A stretch of DNA of 64,000 bases from NCBI GenBank assembly GCA_030390025.1, contig CM059433.1, positions 1-64,000 on the forward strand. Reading direction: 5' to 3'. The notes below the pieces were generated by a model, which saw only the letters and a list, made by a program, of their open reading frames with translations, searched no databases and was not told where the DNA came from. Positions 50,909-63,021 of this stretch are shown here, in pieces (position 1 is the stretch's first letter; every line of letters starts with the position of its first letter). The position numbers were made by a program, and so were the translations under genes. This DNA comes from Squalus acanthias (Eukaryota).

Positions 50909-51304
50909 AGCCACCTATCCACTGTATACCCTTGGTGTGTTTCTAATAACACTGAATCCCATTTGTTGATAAGAACCTGTCTAGTTCCTTCTTGAAACCC
51001 ATTCAGGATTCTTGTTCCATTATCCTGTGCTTTTAAAATCATCTAGCTGTTTGATTTAGGTGGCTGCATGGCTCAGTGATAACATGTACTCTAAGCTGAT
51101 ACTTCAGTGCCGTACTGAGGGAGTGCTGCACTGTCGGAGGTGCCGTCTTTCGGATGAGACGTTAAACCAAGGCTCCGTCTGTCCTCTCAGGTGCACTTAA
51201 AAGATCCCGTGGCCACTATTTTGAAGAAGAGTAGGGGGAGTTCTCCTGGGCCAACATTTATCCCTCAACCAACATCACTAAAAGATACAGATTATCCGGT
51301 CATT

Positions 51305-52462
51305 ATAGAGTCATAGAGTCATAGAGTTATACAGCACAGAAAGAGGCCCTCGGCCCATCGTGTCCGCGCCGGCCATCAAGCCCTGTCTATTCTAATCCCA
51401 TTTTCCAGCACTTGGTCCATAGCCTTGTATGCTATGGCGTTTCAAGTGCTCATCTAAATGCTTCTTGAATGTTGTGAGGGTTCCTGCCTCTACCACCCTT
51501 TCAGGCAGTGAGTTCCAGATTCCAACCACCCTCTGGGTGAAAAAGTTTTTCCTCAAATCCCCTCTAAACCTCCTGCCCCTTACCTTGAAGCTATGCCCCC
51601 TTGTTATTGACCCCTCTACTAAGGGGAAAAGTTCCTTTCTATCTATGCCCCTCATAATTTTGTACACCTCAATCAGGTCCCCCCTCAGCCTTCTCTGCTC
51701 TAAGGAAAAAAACCCCAGCCTGTCCAGTCTCTCTTCATAGCTGAAGCGCTGCAACCCAGGTAACATCCTGGTGAATCTCCTCTGCACCCTCTCCAATGCA
51801 ATCACATCCTTCCTATAGTGTGGTGACCAGAACTGCATACAGTATTCCAGCTGTGGCCTAGCTAGCGTTTTGTACAGCTCCGTCATAACCTCCCTGCTCT
51901 TATATTCTATGCCTCGGCTAATGAAGGCAAGTATCCCATATGCCTTCTTAACCACCTTATCTACCTGTCCTGCTGCCTTCAGGGATCTATGTACATGCAC
52001 ACCAAGGTCCCTCTGATCCTCTGTCCTTCCTAGGGTCCTACTATTCATTGTGTATTCCCTTGCCTTGTTAGTCCTCCCAAAATGCATCACCTCACACTTT
52101 TCAGGGTTAAATTCCATTTGCCACTTTTCTGCCCATCTGACCAACCCGTCTATATCGTCCTGTAGCCTGAGGCTTCCCTCCTCGCTATTTACCACTCCAC
52201 CAATTTTCGTGTCACCTGCGAACTTACTGATCATACCTCCTACATTCATATCTATATCATTAATGTACACTACAAACAGCAAAGGACCCAGCACCGATCC
52301 CTGCGGTACACCACTGGACACAGGCTTCCAGTCACAAAAACAACCTTCGACCATCACCCTCTGCCTCCTGCCACTAAGTCAATTTTGGATCCAAGTTGGC
52401 CTGGATCCCATGGGCTCTTACCTTCTTGACCAGTCTCCCATGCGGGACTTTGTCAAAAGCCT
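51305..52462 (-). mobile_element. CR1 LINE fragment inserted in a DeuSINE (halves ~51060-51304 and ~52463-52615)
   Basis: ORF 51392-52357 RT with FAGD (mutated FADD) and DQRDLGVH; (CATAGAGT)n tail. Confidence 0.93.
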
Positions 52463-53314
52463 TCATTGCTATTTGTGAGAGCTTGCTGTGCGTGCAAATT
52501 GGCTGCTGCGTTTCCTACATTGCAGCAGCGATTACCCTTTAACAAAATGCTTCAATGGCTCTAAAGTGCTTTGGGATGTCCTGATGTTGTGAAAGGTCTA
52601 TCAATGCAAGTTCTTGATGCACCACTGAGAAATTGGAGGGCGTAAATCAAAATTGCCTTGTGTTGTTGTTTACCTGGTCTCAACATTGAAAAGTTGATCT
52701 TTGCTAAATTCAGCACCAACCTTTCAGATGGTCCTTTATCCTTCAACATTGTCCTTGTAATGACCAGATCCTAAACTATTCACCCATTTTTGACGGCAGC
52801 ACATGGATTGGATCTCGCAGTGCGATATCCTCACTGGGTTTTAAAAAAAATATATCAATTTGTTTGTGTTTCTGACAATGAGAGTTTGGGAGTTAAGTAC
52901 TTCCAAAATAGCCTATTATATCCCAGGTTAATTACTGTGCTATTAATGTGCAGCCTTTCTGTTTGTTAAAGTGTTATTTAGACCCACTTGTGCCTCAGTA
53001 GTCAGTGATTATTCAACAGGTTACACGCTCTGCACGTGTGTGTCTTGGTGCCCCCCACAGTTATCAACGCGTGCTATTATTTTATTTTGTCGTGGTATAT
53101 AAATGGCGTGAGTCACACAACTCGGGTCGCCATCTCTGGTTGGACGTATTCCTGGAGCTTTCTTCATGTGACCTGCTGGATCCAACCGCCTTTTTCCCCC
53201 GTCTCCAATATTTTTATAAATGAACGAAAGTGGTCAAAGAAAATGGAAAAAAAAATCATTTTCTTTAATGCCCTGTTGACTTTTATCCCAGGTTTGCTCA
53301 CAACTGCAACTGGG

Positions 53315-53800
53315 AATGGTAGCATAGTGGTTATGTTACCAGACTAGTTAATCTCAGGGACAGACTTAGATTAAACAATCTGTTGTAGACATGGGTCAAA
53401 TCCCACCACATGGCAGCTGGGGAATTTAAATTCTGTCACTTAAATAAATCTGGAATAAAAAGCTACCATCAGTAATGATGACCATGAAACTATTGGATTG
53501 TGTTAAAATCCCACCTTGTTCACTAATGTCCTTTAGGGAAGGAAATCTGCCGTCCATACCCGGTCTGGCCTATATGTGACTCCAGACCCACAGCAATGTG
53601 GTTGACTCTTTAACTGCCCTCTGAAATGGCCGAGCAAGTCACTCAGTTGTACCAAACTGCTCCTGTGGGAGCACCTTCACCACACGGACTGCAGCGGTAC
53701 AAGGCGGCGGCTCACCACCACCTTCTCAAGGCCAATTAGGGATGGGCAATAAATGCTGGCCTTGCCAGCGACGCCCACATCACATGAATGAATAAAAAAA
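53315..53800 (+). mobile_element. tRNA-derived SINE with a LINE-derived 3' tail, inserted in a MITE
   Basis: GGTAGCATAGTGGTT A-box-like head; 3' end GGGATGGGCAATAAATGCTGGCCTTGCCAGCGACGCCCACATC matches the LINE tail at ~45200-45245. Confidence 0.75.
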
Positions 53801-55599
53801 AATCCAGATTATTAAAATCCTGGAGACTCCAGGACATCCTGCAGATGTTGGAAACCCAACACACGACTCTGCCTCAGTACATGCCAAGTGTTGTCTTGTT
53901 TCCCCCACTCAATTCTTCACCCCCTGCCCCTCCCCACTAGTATTTGTTTTTGTACCAATTCACAACTTTGTTGTTTAATTGGGTTTGGAGGAGTTCCTTG
54001 ACGTGGCCTGGGACTTTGAAAGTGCCACTGGTGCTTTAGTGACTGAATAAGCCCAATCCAGTTTTACCTGACGGGGGATTTGGCGATTTAGTTACTGGAA
54101 CTTTGGGGATCACAGGGGCTACGGGGAAAGAGCAGGAGAGTGGGGGTTATTGGATCGTGCATTCAAAGAGCTGGCAGAGGCACGATGGGCCGAATGGCCT
54201 CCTTCTGTGCTGTATGATTCTATGACTTGTCAGACAAGTGGTGAGGGTGGGGTCACTACAGCTCTTTAAAGGGGATCTTGACCAGTCCCTGAGAGGACAT
54301 TGCCAGTTACAGCGAGAGTTAGTGGTTAGTTTAGCTTGTCATGTGTCGGGAGTTGGAGAGCAATTGGCCAGAGGTTTTTCCTGAATTGGCCATGTTTCTT
54401 TGTTTCCAGAGATAGCGTAACTGGTAGGTGGGACGGCAGCGTGTGAGGTTATACTGTCTACTGGATGGGGTGAGCTTGATGGGTCTGATAGTCTTCATCT
54501 ACTTTTGTTTGTATGTGTATGTGCAGACTGGGGATTGACTCTGGGCCCAGCCTGGTGTGTGGCTCAGAGAGTTCACCCAGTCAGTGACTGAGCCCAGGGA
54601 CAATCTCCAGTCTGCAATCCCCCATGGCAGAACTCATCTCTTCCCCTTTCTGTTCCCTTCAATGATCCGTGCACAAATCAGGAGACACACAGCAAGTTTG
54701 TTCATTTTCAATCCACGTTTATTTTCAGATGTTAAACTTCTCACATTTCAGTTATTGAAACATGACTCTCTGGTCCATCCAGCCTGCCCCACACAACTGT
54801 GATGGCCTTGTCCATCGCAATATATAGACCCCCTCAGCCCACCCAAGACCGTGTGATCTCCTGGGAGAGGCGAAAAACCAGACATAAAAACCCAGGCCAA
54901 TTTGGGAAAAGAATCTGGGAAATTCCTCTCCGACCCCCTTAGGCGATCGAAACTAGTCCAGGAGATCATTCTGGCCCAAATAAGTCCATGCATTCGAAGA
55001 CAATTACTTTTCCCACTTTTACTCTGCTAACATCAATTGAACACCGTCCCCGGAGCCTGGTCTTCAACAATCTCCAGTCTAGTTCTGTACCAGCAGTCAC
55101 AAACCCAATATTCAGCGATGACGAGAAACTGGTTGGCAGGTTGTCTAGAGTTCCCACTTCTGTCGTTCCAGGTTGAACAAAAACTGTCCCCAATCTTTTC
55201 TTTAAAGTGTTAACTGTGACACCGTTTAATTTGCTGGGAACATCCGTTCCTAAACATTGACAGGCCAAATTGAGGGTGGAATGTGGATCTAATTACCGGG
55301 ATGCATCAGCACAATTTGCCTGGGGAAAATCTCTTAAGGCATGACCTTCCCGGTTAAGACATTTTGTTAAGACGTCCTAACTTTGAAGGGCACACCCACT
55401 TGTTTTTCCCCTCCCTCCCCGACTCCCGTGCAGTGTTAACTTTTAGCACACCCCAGAACCCAGTTTGTTGACACCCAAAGACAACCCAGAACGAGGAAAT
55501 GACATACCAACACTCCCCACTAGACCCAAGAGACAACCAGGTGGGTGGCAAATGCCGCGTCACTTGAAGAATGAAGAGGAGCTTACAAGGGAACAGCTG

Positions 55600-58500
55600 A
55601 CATGGGAACAGCTGACAAAGGTGCTGTGATCTTCATTCGGCCATTCTGCACACACTGCTGGCGACTAACCAGGTAGTACTGAGGACGAGGAGGGCGGAGG
55701 TACTTGTATGGGAACAGAGGCTTCAATGACCAGGACAGACACAATAAAGTGAGCATTACCCATGAGTGCCGCACTGCTGGTTTACCCTAATCTGATGGGC
55801 ATTCCATCTCAACTGCCAGGCCACCAATCAGAAGCTGGCAGGATCCAAATCCAGATCCTGACGGTTCAGCTTACTGTTTGGATCCGGCGCTGGCACCCGT
55901 GAATAACACCCACTTTGATCAGTTTGTCCTGAGAGCCGGAGAGTCTGTTCGCTTGCAGGTACGGTCCACCCGTCTCACCCTGAGTACCAGTTGGACAGTG
56001 TCCGGCAGTGTGTGGAGGATGTCAGAATGAAAAATTCCCTAAAAAAGGTAGGGTCCTCTATACCCTAAAACTGACTTGGATTTCTCCCGTGGGCTCCTGA
56101 AATCAAAGTGTGTATTCAACACCCGGGTGTCCCTGAAGCACGGTTTGTGAGGTAACTAAAGGGTTAACCAGAACCACCACCTGCTGCAATTTCCTGGCGC
56201 ATCCTGGAGATCAGGCAACCCTGAGCAACAGAATCCAGAAACAAAAGAACGAAAGACTGTCGGGCCTCCGCCCTGACTGCCTGAGGTCCTCCAGCAGATT
56301 GGTGATTGTCCAGTGATGCGAGCAAGTCGATCGACCTGGTAACTCCCTCCAAGTCCTGAAGATGTTCTGGACTACCTCAGTGTGGATCATCCACTAGTTA
56401 GGGTGGACTACAGAGCAGCTGAGTGTGCCGACTGTTGTGTTGTCCTCCCCGGGCCAAATGTGGCACCAAGAGTGTCACCCCGTCGTTCAAGCACCAATGG
56501 GAAGCAATGCGTCATCTTGACAGAGGGACCCCAGGAAGGAGAGTCCCACCCTGTTTGTTGACTTACCGGACCCTCGTCATATTGTCTGTCTGCAGACACA
56601 CTGACTTACCCCGCACCGAGTCTGAAAGTGGAAATGTCCTCTTATACTGTTCACACCCCGAGCCTGTTGAAATGCCAAGTGAAATCACTGGCCGAGAAGA
56701 CCATTCAACCTGAATGGGGCTCCCACCCATATGTCAAAGCATTAGCTGAAGAGCCTGATGGCTGTAGCACCAATGTCTGGAGAACACTGCGCTCCCAGGA
56801 CCACCAGCTCTAGCTCAGATGCTGCGACAAAGGAGACCTGTGGAAACATTACTGGCAGAGTGATGGTCACCCAGAGGGCTCGACTGGAGAAATATCCCCA
56901 ACAGTTGAGCCTTCTGGATGACTATCACTTGCTCTCAGTGTGGATGGTAGAAGACCTGCCAGTATTGCCCACGAGTAGATGATTCCTCAGATGGTCAAAC
57001 CAAAGCACGTTATGAAAAACATGGAGGCTCAAGATGCAAATGCAGAGGATACTCACTACTTCTGGTCTCCTGGACCCAAGCATCCAGAGTGATCCACTTC
57101 CACAGGGATGTACTGGAAATAGCCCACCCACACAACTCTGAGGTGGGCTATCCAGGCATGATCACTACTGGGGGAGGTGGAGCTGGACATGGTCTCGAAG
57201 GTTACTTGTTGCGAACTACCTGCATTCCAGGTCCTAATCTGGAATGACGGGCTAGCAAGATACAAAGGACATCGTGCTCCGGATAAAGCCTTGAATAGGC
57301 TGGTGGAGGTGAATGGATTGGTGGTGGTGAGTGCGTTGGTGATAGTGGATAGGTGGTGAGTGGATTGGTGTTGGCGAGTGGAAGGGGCCTATAGATGGGG
57401 TGGGCTAAGCTACAAAGTGAGCAGTGCCCCCCACCCTTGTGTGTCAATTCGGGAATGCCTGAAGGTTCTGCTACAGCAGCTCCTCCACTTGCTCGCCAAA
57501 GAAGCCTCGGCACCAATGGGCATCTGCAGTACCTGAAGGATCCCCAAGGTGTGAGGACAAACTGAGTGGCGATGCAAGATCCACTGGATGATAGATCCTG
57601 CTCCTACATTGAGAGCACCCACACAGCCTGCTGCTGCAGCAGATGCTCTCTGAAGGTGGTCCTCTCTGGCAGGGATTGCTCCCTCAACTCACCTGCTGGT
57701 CAGTGAAGCCAGCCCCAGTGGATTTGGTGGCAGGGAATTCGGGATATGCGCCAAACCCTGCAGGAAGGTCTAGTTTCCTGGGCAGTTCCCTTCCTTCTGA
57801 GGCTTTCACGACTGAAGTTCGCCAGCTGTACCAGCGAACCTTAAGTTGTGAGGCAGGGTGGCGGGACTGTCTACCTGGGCCATAACTGGGGCGCGCCTAT
57901 CAATTCCGCCCAAACCGCCTTGGAAATTGGGAGGGGGAATCCAACAAAGGTCAATGCCTGAGGCCTTTGCAAGACCCCAGATAAAGACTCAACCCCCACA
58001 AGTGATGGGACTTCCGGAACTCACAGTTTCAGACTCGAAGTCACCCTTGTTTTGAATACATGGAAAAGCCTCAACGCACGGAAGCCGCGGTCGACTCAGG
58101 CTCCCAGTTTGGTTTCTGGAGCGCACGCACCCTCCCTGGGAGTGCCTCTCGAGTGTCGTAGGGAGCGGCTGAAGGTGGGTCCACAGTGGTGGGTGGGAGC
58201 CACAGATCTATAAATAGAGATCTGCGGCTTCACTCACCAAAGTGGACATCACCCGCAGCATAGGTGACCCTGTGTAGGGTCGAGTCCACCGAGGGTGGTG
58301 CCCCCAAATGAGCAGGCGCCAACTGGAGACCAATGTCCCGGGGCTGCGTTGGTGTCACCAGAGGGGACGGATGCCTCTGGTGAAGGACACACCAACAGTA
58401 GCTGGTGGCGCTTGGGGGGACCAGCCTGATTCTGGCACCAGTAGGCACGGACACCTCCGAACCAGCTGGTGCCAGAGGAGGACTCTTCCTCTATCCTGGG

Positions 58501-58900
58501 AGGCCTCGGTACAAGTGGTACCGGGGTTTCACCCGATGTTGTTGACTGGGATGGATTGGCTTTAACCAGCTCGTCCCACTCCACACCATCGGGGCAACAA
58601 CCGGAGCGTCCACCCTTGAGACTTTCCTGTTCAGTCCCAACACTTGGACCACCGGTCGACATCGGTCGGAGATGACTGTATGGACTGGGCCCTATCCAGT
58701 GCCAGTGCAGTTAACCCCGAGCAATGCCGAACTGAGCCTGGAGTTGGAGCAGGGTTGGTGCTTGATGCCGATGCGGGGACCTGAGGGCTGGACGTGAAGG
58801 TCCAGCCCAGGGGAGAACTAGGGAGGAGGGAGAGGGGCGTGGGAAATTTTTAAAAATGGGAAAGAAACATGCCAGAAGGGAAAGAGTTGGTTTAACACCA
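55600..58900 (-). mobile_element. Highly decayed DIRS1-like tyrosine-recombinase retrotransposon (boundaries approximate)
   Basis: Minus-strand motifs in DIRS pol order: WKWITLDAWV (~57073-57102), LSWW, ANALTYGWEPH (~56708-56748, cf. TDASxxGWGAH), TDNMTRVR*VNKQGGT (~56541-56594), HLAREDNTTVGTLS, IDLLASLDN (~56310-56336). Confidence 0.72.
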
Positions 58901-59737
58901 TCTCCAGTCATTGGCTGCACATTTAAATGGATCTGTTATTGGCCGTCAAATAAAGAAATTAAAAGATGTACAGTTGATACTAAAGAAATGGATGGGACAC
59001 GGAGGGATGGGCGTGAGGGGGATTTCAGTGTCGCTGCTCGCTCCTTTGTGGTATCTCTGCTGCTCGCAGTGATGCGATTTTGCTCAGTTGTCTTTGTAGT
59101 TTTGATACTCACAACTTTAGTCTGTTGGTAGTTTCATGAATCCGTCCATTTCCTCTCACTCATCCTGACACCAACCGTGTACCTGTGGCAGAAGAAGAAA
59201 TTACACAAAAATCACTGGATTGCAACAAGGACAACGATGGGCATTTTATCGCTCCCCTCGTATAGTAAACCATATAACCTGTAAAAGTATTTATCAAATT
59301 CCCTTTAAAAAGTCAACACCTGGGCCAGCGTCGAGCTGTGTGGGCAGGTACCGAGCGCGGTCAAGGCAGCTCCAGTGGCATTACTGCCCAGGAGGAACAT
59401 TCTTCGAGTCTTAACCCTGAGCTCTCAGTACTGGTGAAGACTTTGAGAAACTGATTATTCAGTTGTTCTCTCTCCCTGTCAGCCTCTCCTCTTATTTAGT
59501 CCCGTTCATTCAACACCAATCAACACTTTCAAGAGGGACGCTCTCGACTTTTGAAATGGTCGGGCTGAGCTGTCCCACAGAACTACCAATAACAAACTGA
59601 ACTATTCCACCCGACTGTGCATCAATATTACTGTATCTAATAAACTGTTCATATTGCTCATTAATAATACAAGATAAACAGGTTAAGACAAACCTTTCAA
59701 AGTTCACGAACTTCTGTCCACGCCGCTGGTTGGTGAT

Positions 59738-61135
59738 ATAGAACATAGAACATAGAACAGTACAGCACAGTACAGGCCCTTCGGCCCTCGATGTTGTGCC
59801 GAGCATTGTCCGAGACCAAGATCAAGCTATCACACTCCCTATCACTCTGGTGTGCTCCATGTGCTTATCCAATAACCGCTTGAAAGTTCCTAAAGTGTCC
59901 GACTCCACTATCACAGCAGGCAGTCCATTCCACACCCCAACCACTCTCTGAGTAAAGAATCTACCTCGGACATCCCTTCTATATCTCCCCCCATGCACCT
60001 TATAGTTATGCCCCCTTGTAACAGCTGCCTCTACCCGAGGAAATAGTCTCTGAACATCCACTCTATCTATCCCCCTCATCATCTTATAAACCTCTATTAA
60101 GTCGCCTCTCATCCTCCTCCGCTCTAAAGAGAAAAGCCCCAACTCCCTCAATCTTTCCTCATAAGACCTCCCCCCCAAACCAGGCAGCATCCTGGTAAAT
60201 CTCCTTTGCACTCTTTCCAATGCTTCTACGTCCTTCCTATAGTGAGGTGACCAGAACTGCACACAATATTCCAAATGTGGTCTCACCAAGGTCCTGTACA
60301 GTTGCAGCATAACCTCACGGTTCTTAAACTCAAACCCTCTGTTAATAAACGCCAACACACCATAGGCCTTCTTTACTGCTCTATCCACTTGAGTGGCAAC
60401 CTTCAGAGATCTGTGGATATGAACCCCCAGATCCCTCTGCTCCTCCACGTTCCTCAGAACCCTGCCGTTGACCCTGTAATCCTTATTCAAATTTGCCCTA
60501 CCAAAATGAATCACCTCGCACTTATCACGGTTAAATTCCATCTGCCATTTTTCGGCCCAGCTCTGCATCCTATCAATGTCTCTTTGCAGCCTACAACTGC
60601 CCTCCACCTCATCCACTACTCCACCAATCTTGGTGTCATCAGCAAATTTACTGATCCACCCTTCAGTCCCCTCCTCCAAGTCATTGATAAAAATCACAAA
60701 CAGCAGAGGACCCAGCACCGACCCCTGTGGCACACCGCTGGTAACTGGTCTCCAGTCCGAAAATGTTCCATCCACCACCACCCTCTGCCTTCTATGAGAT
60801 AAAATTGAGAGGTCGCACAACACCAGGTTATAGTCCAACAGTTTTATTTGAAATCACAAGCTTTCGGAGCTATCGATTTGCTCCTTCCTCAGGTGAAGTC
60901 AGTTCTATGAGATAGCCAGTTACTTATCCAGTCGGCCAAATTTCCCTCTATCCCACAACTCCTTACTTTCTTCATGAGACGACCATGGGGAACCTTATCA
61001 AACGCCTTACTAAAATCCATGTATACGACATCAACTGCTCTACCTTCATCTACACACTTAGTTACCTCCTCAAAGAATTCAATCAAATTTGTTAGGCAAG
61101 ACTTACCCTTCACGAATCCGTGTTGACTATCCCTG
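59738..61135 (-). mobile_element. 5'-truncated CR1 LINE, near-identical to the copy in env
   Basis: ORF translations match 37521-39077 at almost every residue; same (CATAGAA)n tail; split by a 101-bp insertion. Confidence 0.96.
60802..60902 (-). mobile_element. 101-bp Penelope-type terminal-repeat insertion carrying a hammerhead motif (60855-60895)
   Basis: 12-bp TSD TTCTATGAGATA (60790-60801 / 60903-60914); minus strand CAC-CTGAGGA-A-GGAGC(N9)GCTCC-GAAA-GCTT-GTG; homologous to ~41970-42060. Confidence 0.88.
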
Positions 61136-62298
61136 ATGTTTTCATTGTTCGTGCTCTCTTCACAAAGCAAAGCTGTTCAGATGTTCACTCAATGCTGCTG
61201 CCTTTCCTTCATGTAAACTGGCTGTATCGCCTCTTGCATCAAATTTTTATCAAGTTTGTAAAGCTATTGTGATGTCTCATCTCATTGTGATGCGCAGTGT
61301 GAGGGTGAGGCTTGCTCTGTGATGTCACGGTTTGACCCGTCCAGCCTCACCTTGAAACCATATTTGGTAAAAGGGTGTAGATTTTTGCAATTATCATGAT
61401 TTTAATAATAAGGAGAGAAGCAAGTTTAATTGAGCATTTTATTGAACGAAAGGCTGCTACTTTAAAAAAAAGGTATAGCAGCCTTGTAAAATGGCCGCCG
61501 AGCATCGTGACAGGCTTTCCAGAACATGGTGAGCACTCAGACACTGCAGTAATAAAAAAACGTTCGGACTTCAAGACCCACTTGAAACTTGTTTAGACGA
61601 AGGCAACATTGATTTATCCTTGTTTCTCCCAAAATCATACCAGAAAATTAGGGTGAAAAAAGTGTTTTTAACGTTAATTTTTTGTAAACAGTTAATTAAA
61701 AATCTTTAAATTCTTTCTAGTCTCATTGCAGCTTTGACAGAAGAAGTTGCTCCCAGTTTCTCTTTCCCTCTTCAATGCTGTCGCTAAACATGCAACAATA
61801 AAATAAAGTAAACTCTGACTCCAAACGGAGCTCAAACCAGAAAGTGAATAAAGTGATTAAACTTCCAAAGAAGGCGGTGAGGTTTTCTGTCCTCAGCCTT
61901 GGCGATGAGTTGGGATCAGTTCTAGAGAAGTTGTTTCCTTTATTTCTGCTGCCGTTCCCTCCGTCTCTCACAGACTCGGAGGAACAAATGGGGGGACAAT
62001 CATTTTCTCCCTCTTCCAATAACATGATAAAATAACCCTAATAAACGCTTACAAAAAGGGGACAATATCTGTCAAAATTTAACTGGAACTTACCGCGGGA
62101 CATTCAACATCACTTTCCCGGATTTTTTGCGGATTTAAGTAATTTTCCGATTTTTAAAAAAAATTCACGGTGGGCCTAAAACTTGTTTGCTTTCAGCCTC
62201 CTTCCAGCAGCCCTTGTACATGTGCTGCACCTCCACCTGTGTTGTTGTGAGACCCGGCTCAGTCCCCGCGAGTGGAACACATGATCCTGGACCCTCAC

Positions 62299-62535
62299 CC
62301 CTCTCTCTCTCTCTCGCTGTGTGCCCCTCTCCCTGTCCCTCCCTCTGTTTCACTCTCTATCGCCCTCTATCCCTGTCTCTCACTCTCTCTCTGTCTCTCT
62401 CTGTCTCTCTCTCTCAATCTCCCTTTGTCCCTGTCTCTCTCTCTCTCTCCCTCTGTCTCTGTCTCTCTCTCTCTCTCTGTCTCTCTCTCTCTCCCTCTGT
62501 CTCTGTCTCTCTCTCTCAATCTCCCTCTGTCCCTG

Positions 62536-62567
<32 letters not shown>

Positions 62568-63020
62568 TCTGTCCCTGTCTCTCTCTCTCAATCTCCCTCT
62601 GTCCCTGTCTCTCTCTCTCTCTGTCTCTCTCTCTCTCTCCCTCTATCCCTGTCTCTCTCTCTCAATCTCCCTCTGTCTCTGTCTCTCTCTCTCTCTGTTT
62701 GTCTCTCTCTCTCCCTCTATCCCTGTCTCTCTCTCTCAATCTCCCTCTGTCCCTGTCTCTCTCTGTCTCTGTGTATCTCTGTCCCTCTCGCCGTCTGTCC
62801 CTGTCCCTCTCTCTATCTCCCTCTGTCCCTGTCTCTCTGTCCATCTGTCCCTCTCTCTCTCTCTCTCTTTGTCTCTCTCTCTCTCTCTCTCCCTCTGTCC
62901 CTCTCTCTCTCTCTCTCTCTCCCTCTGCCCCTGTATCTCTCTCTATCTCCCTCTGTCTCTGTCTCTCTCTCTATCTCCCTCTGTCTCTATCTCTATCTCC
63001 CTATCTCTCTCTGCCTGTCT
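62299..63020. repeat. CT-rich compound microsatellite / low-complexity tract
   Basis: (CT)n interspersed with CTGT, CCCT and CAAT. Confidence 0.97.
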
Positions 63021-63021
63021 C

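Noticed and set aside
59150..62270. Short ORFs in unique-looking sequence (59510-59806, 61723-62025)
   Set aside because: No recognisable domains or coherent splice pattern; the first begins inside the CR1 tail.
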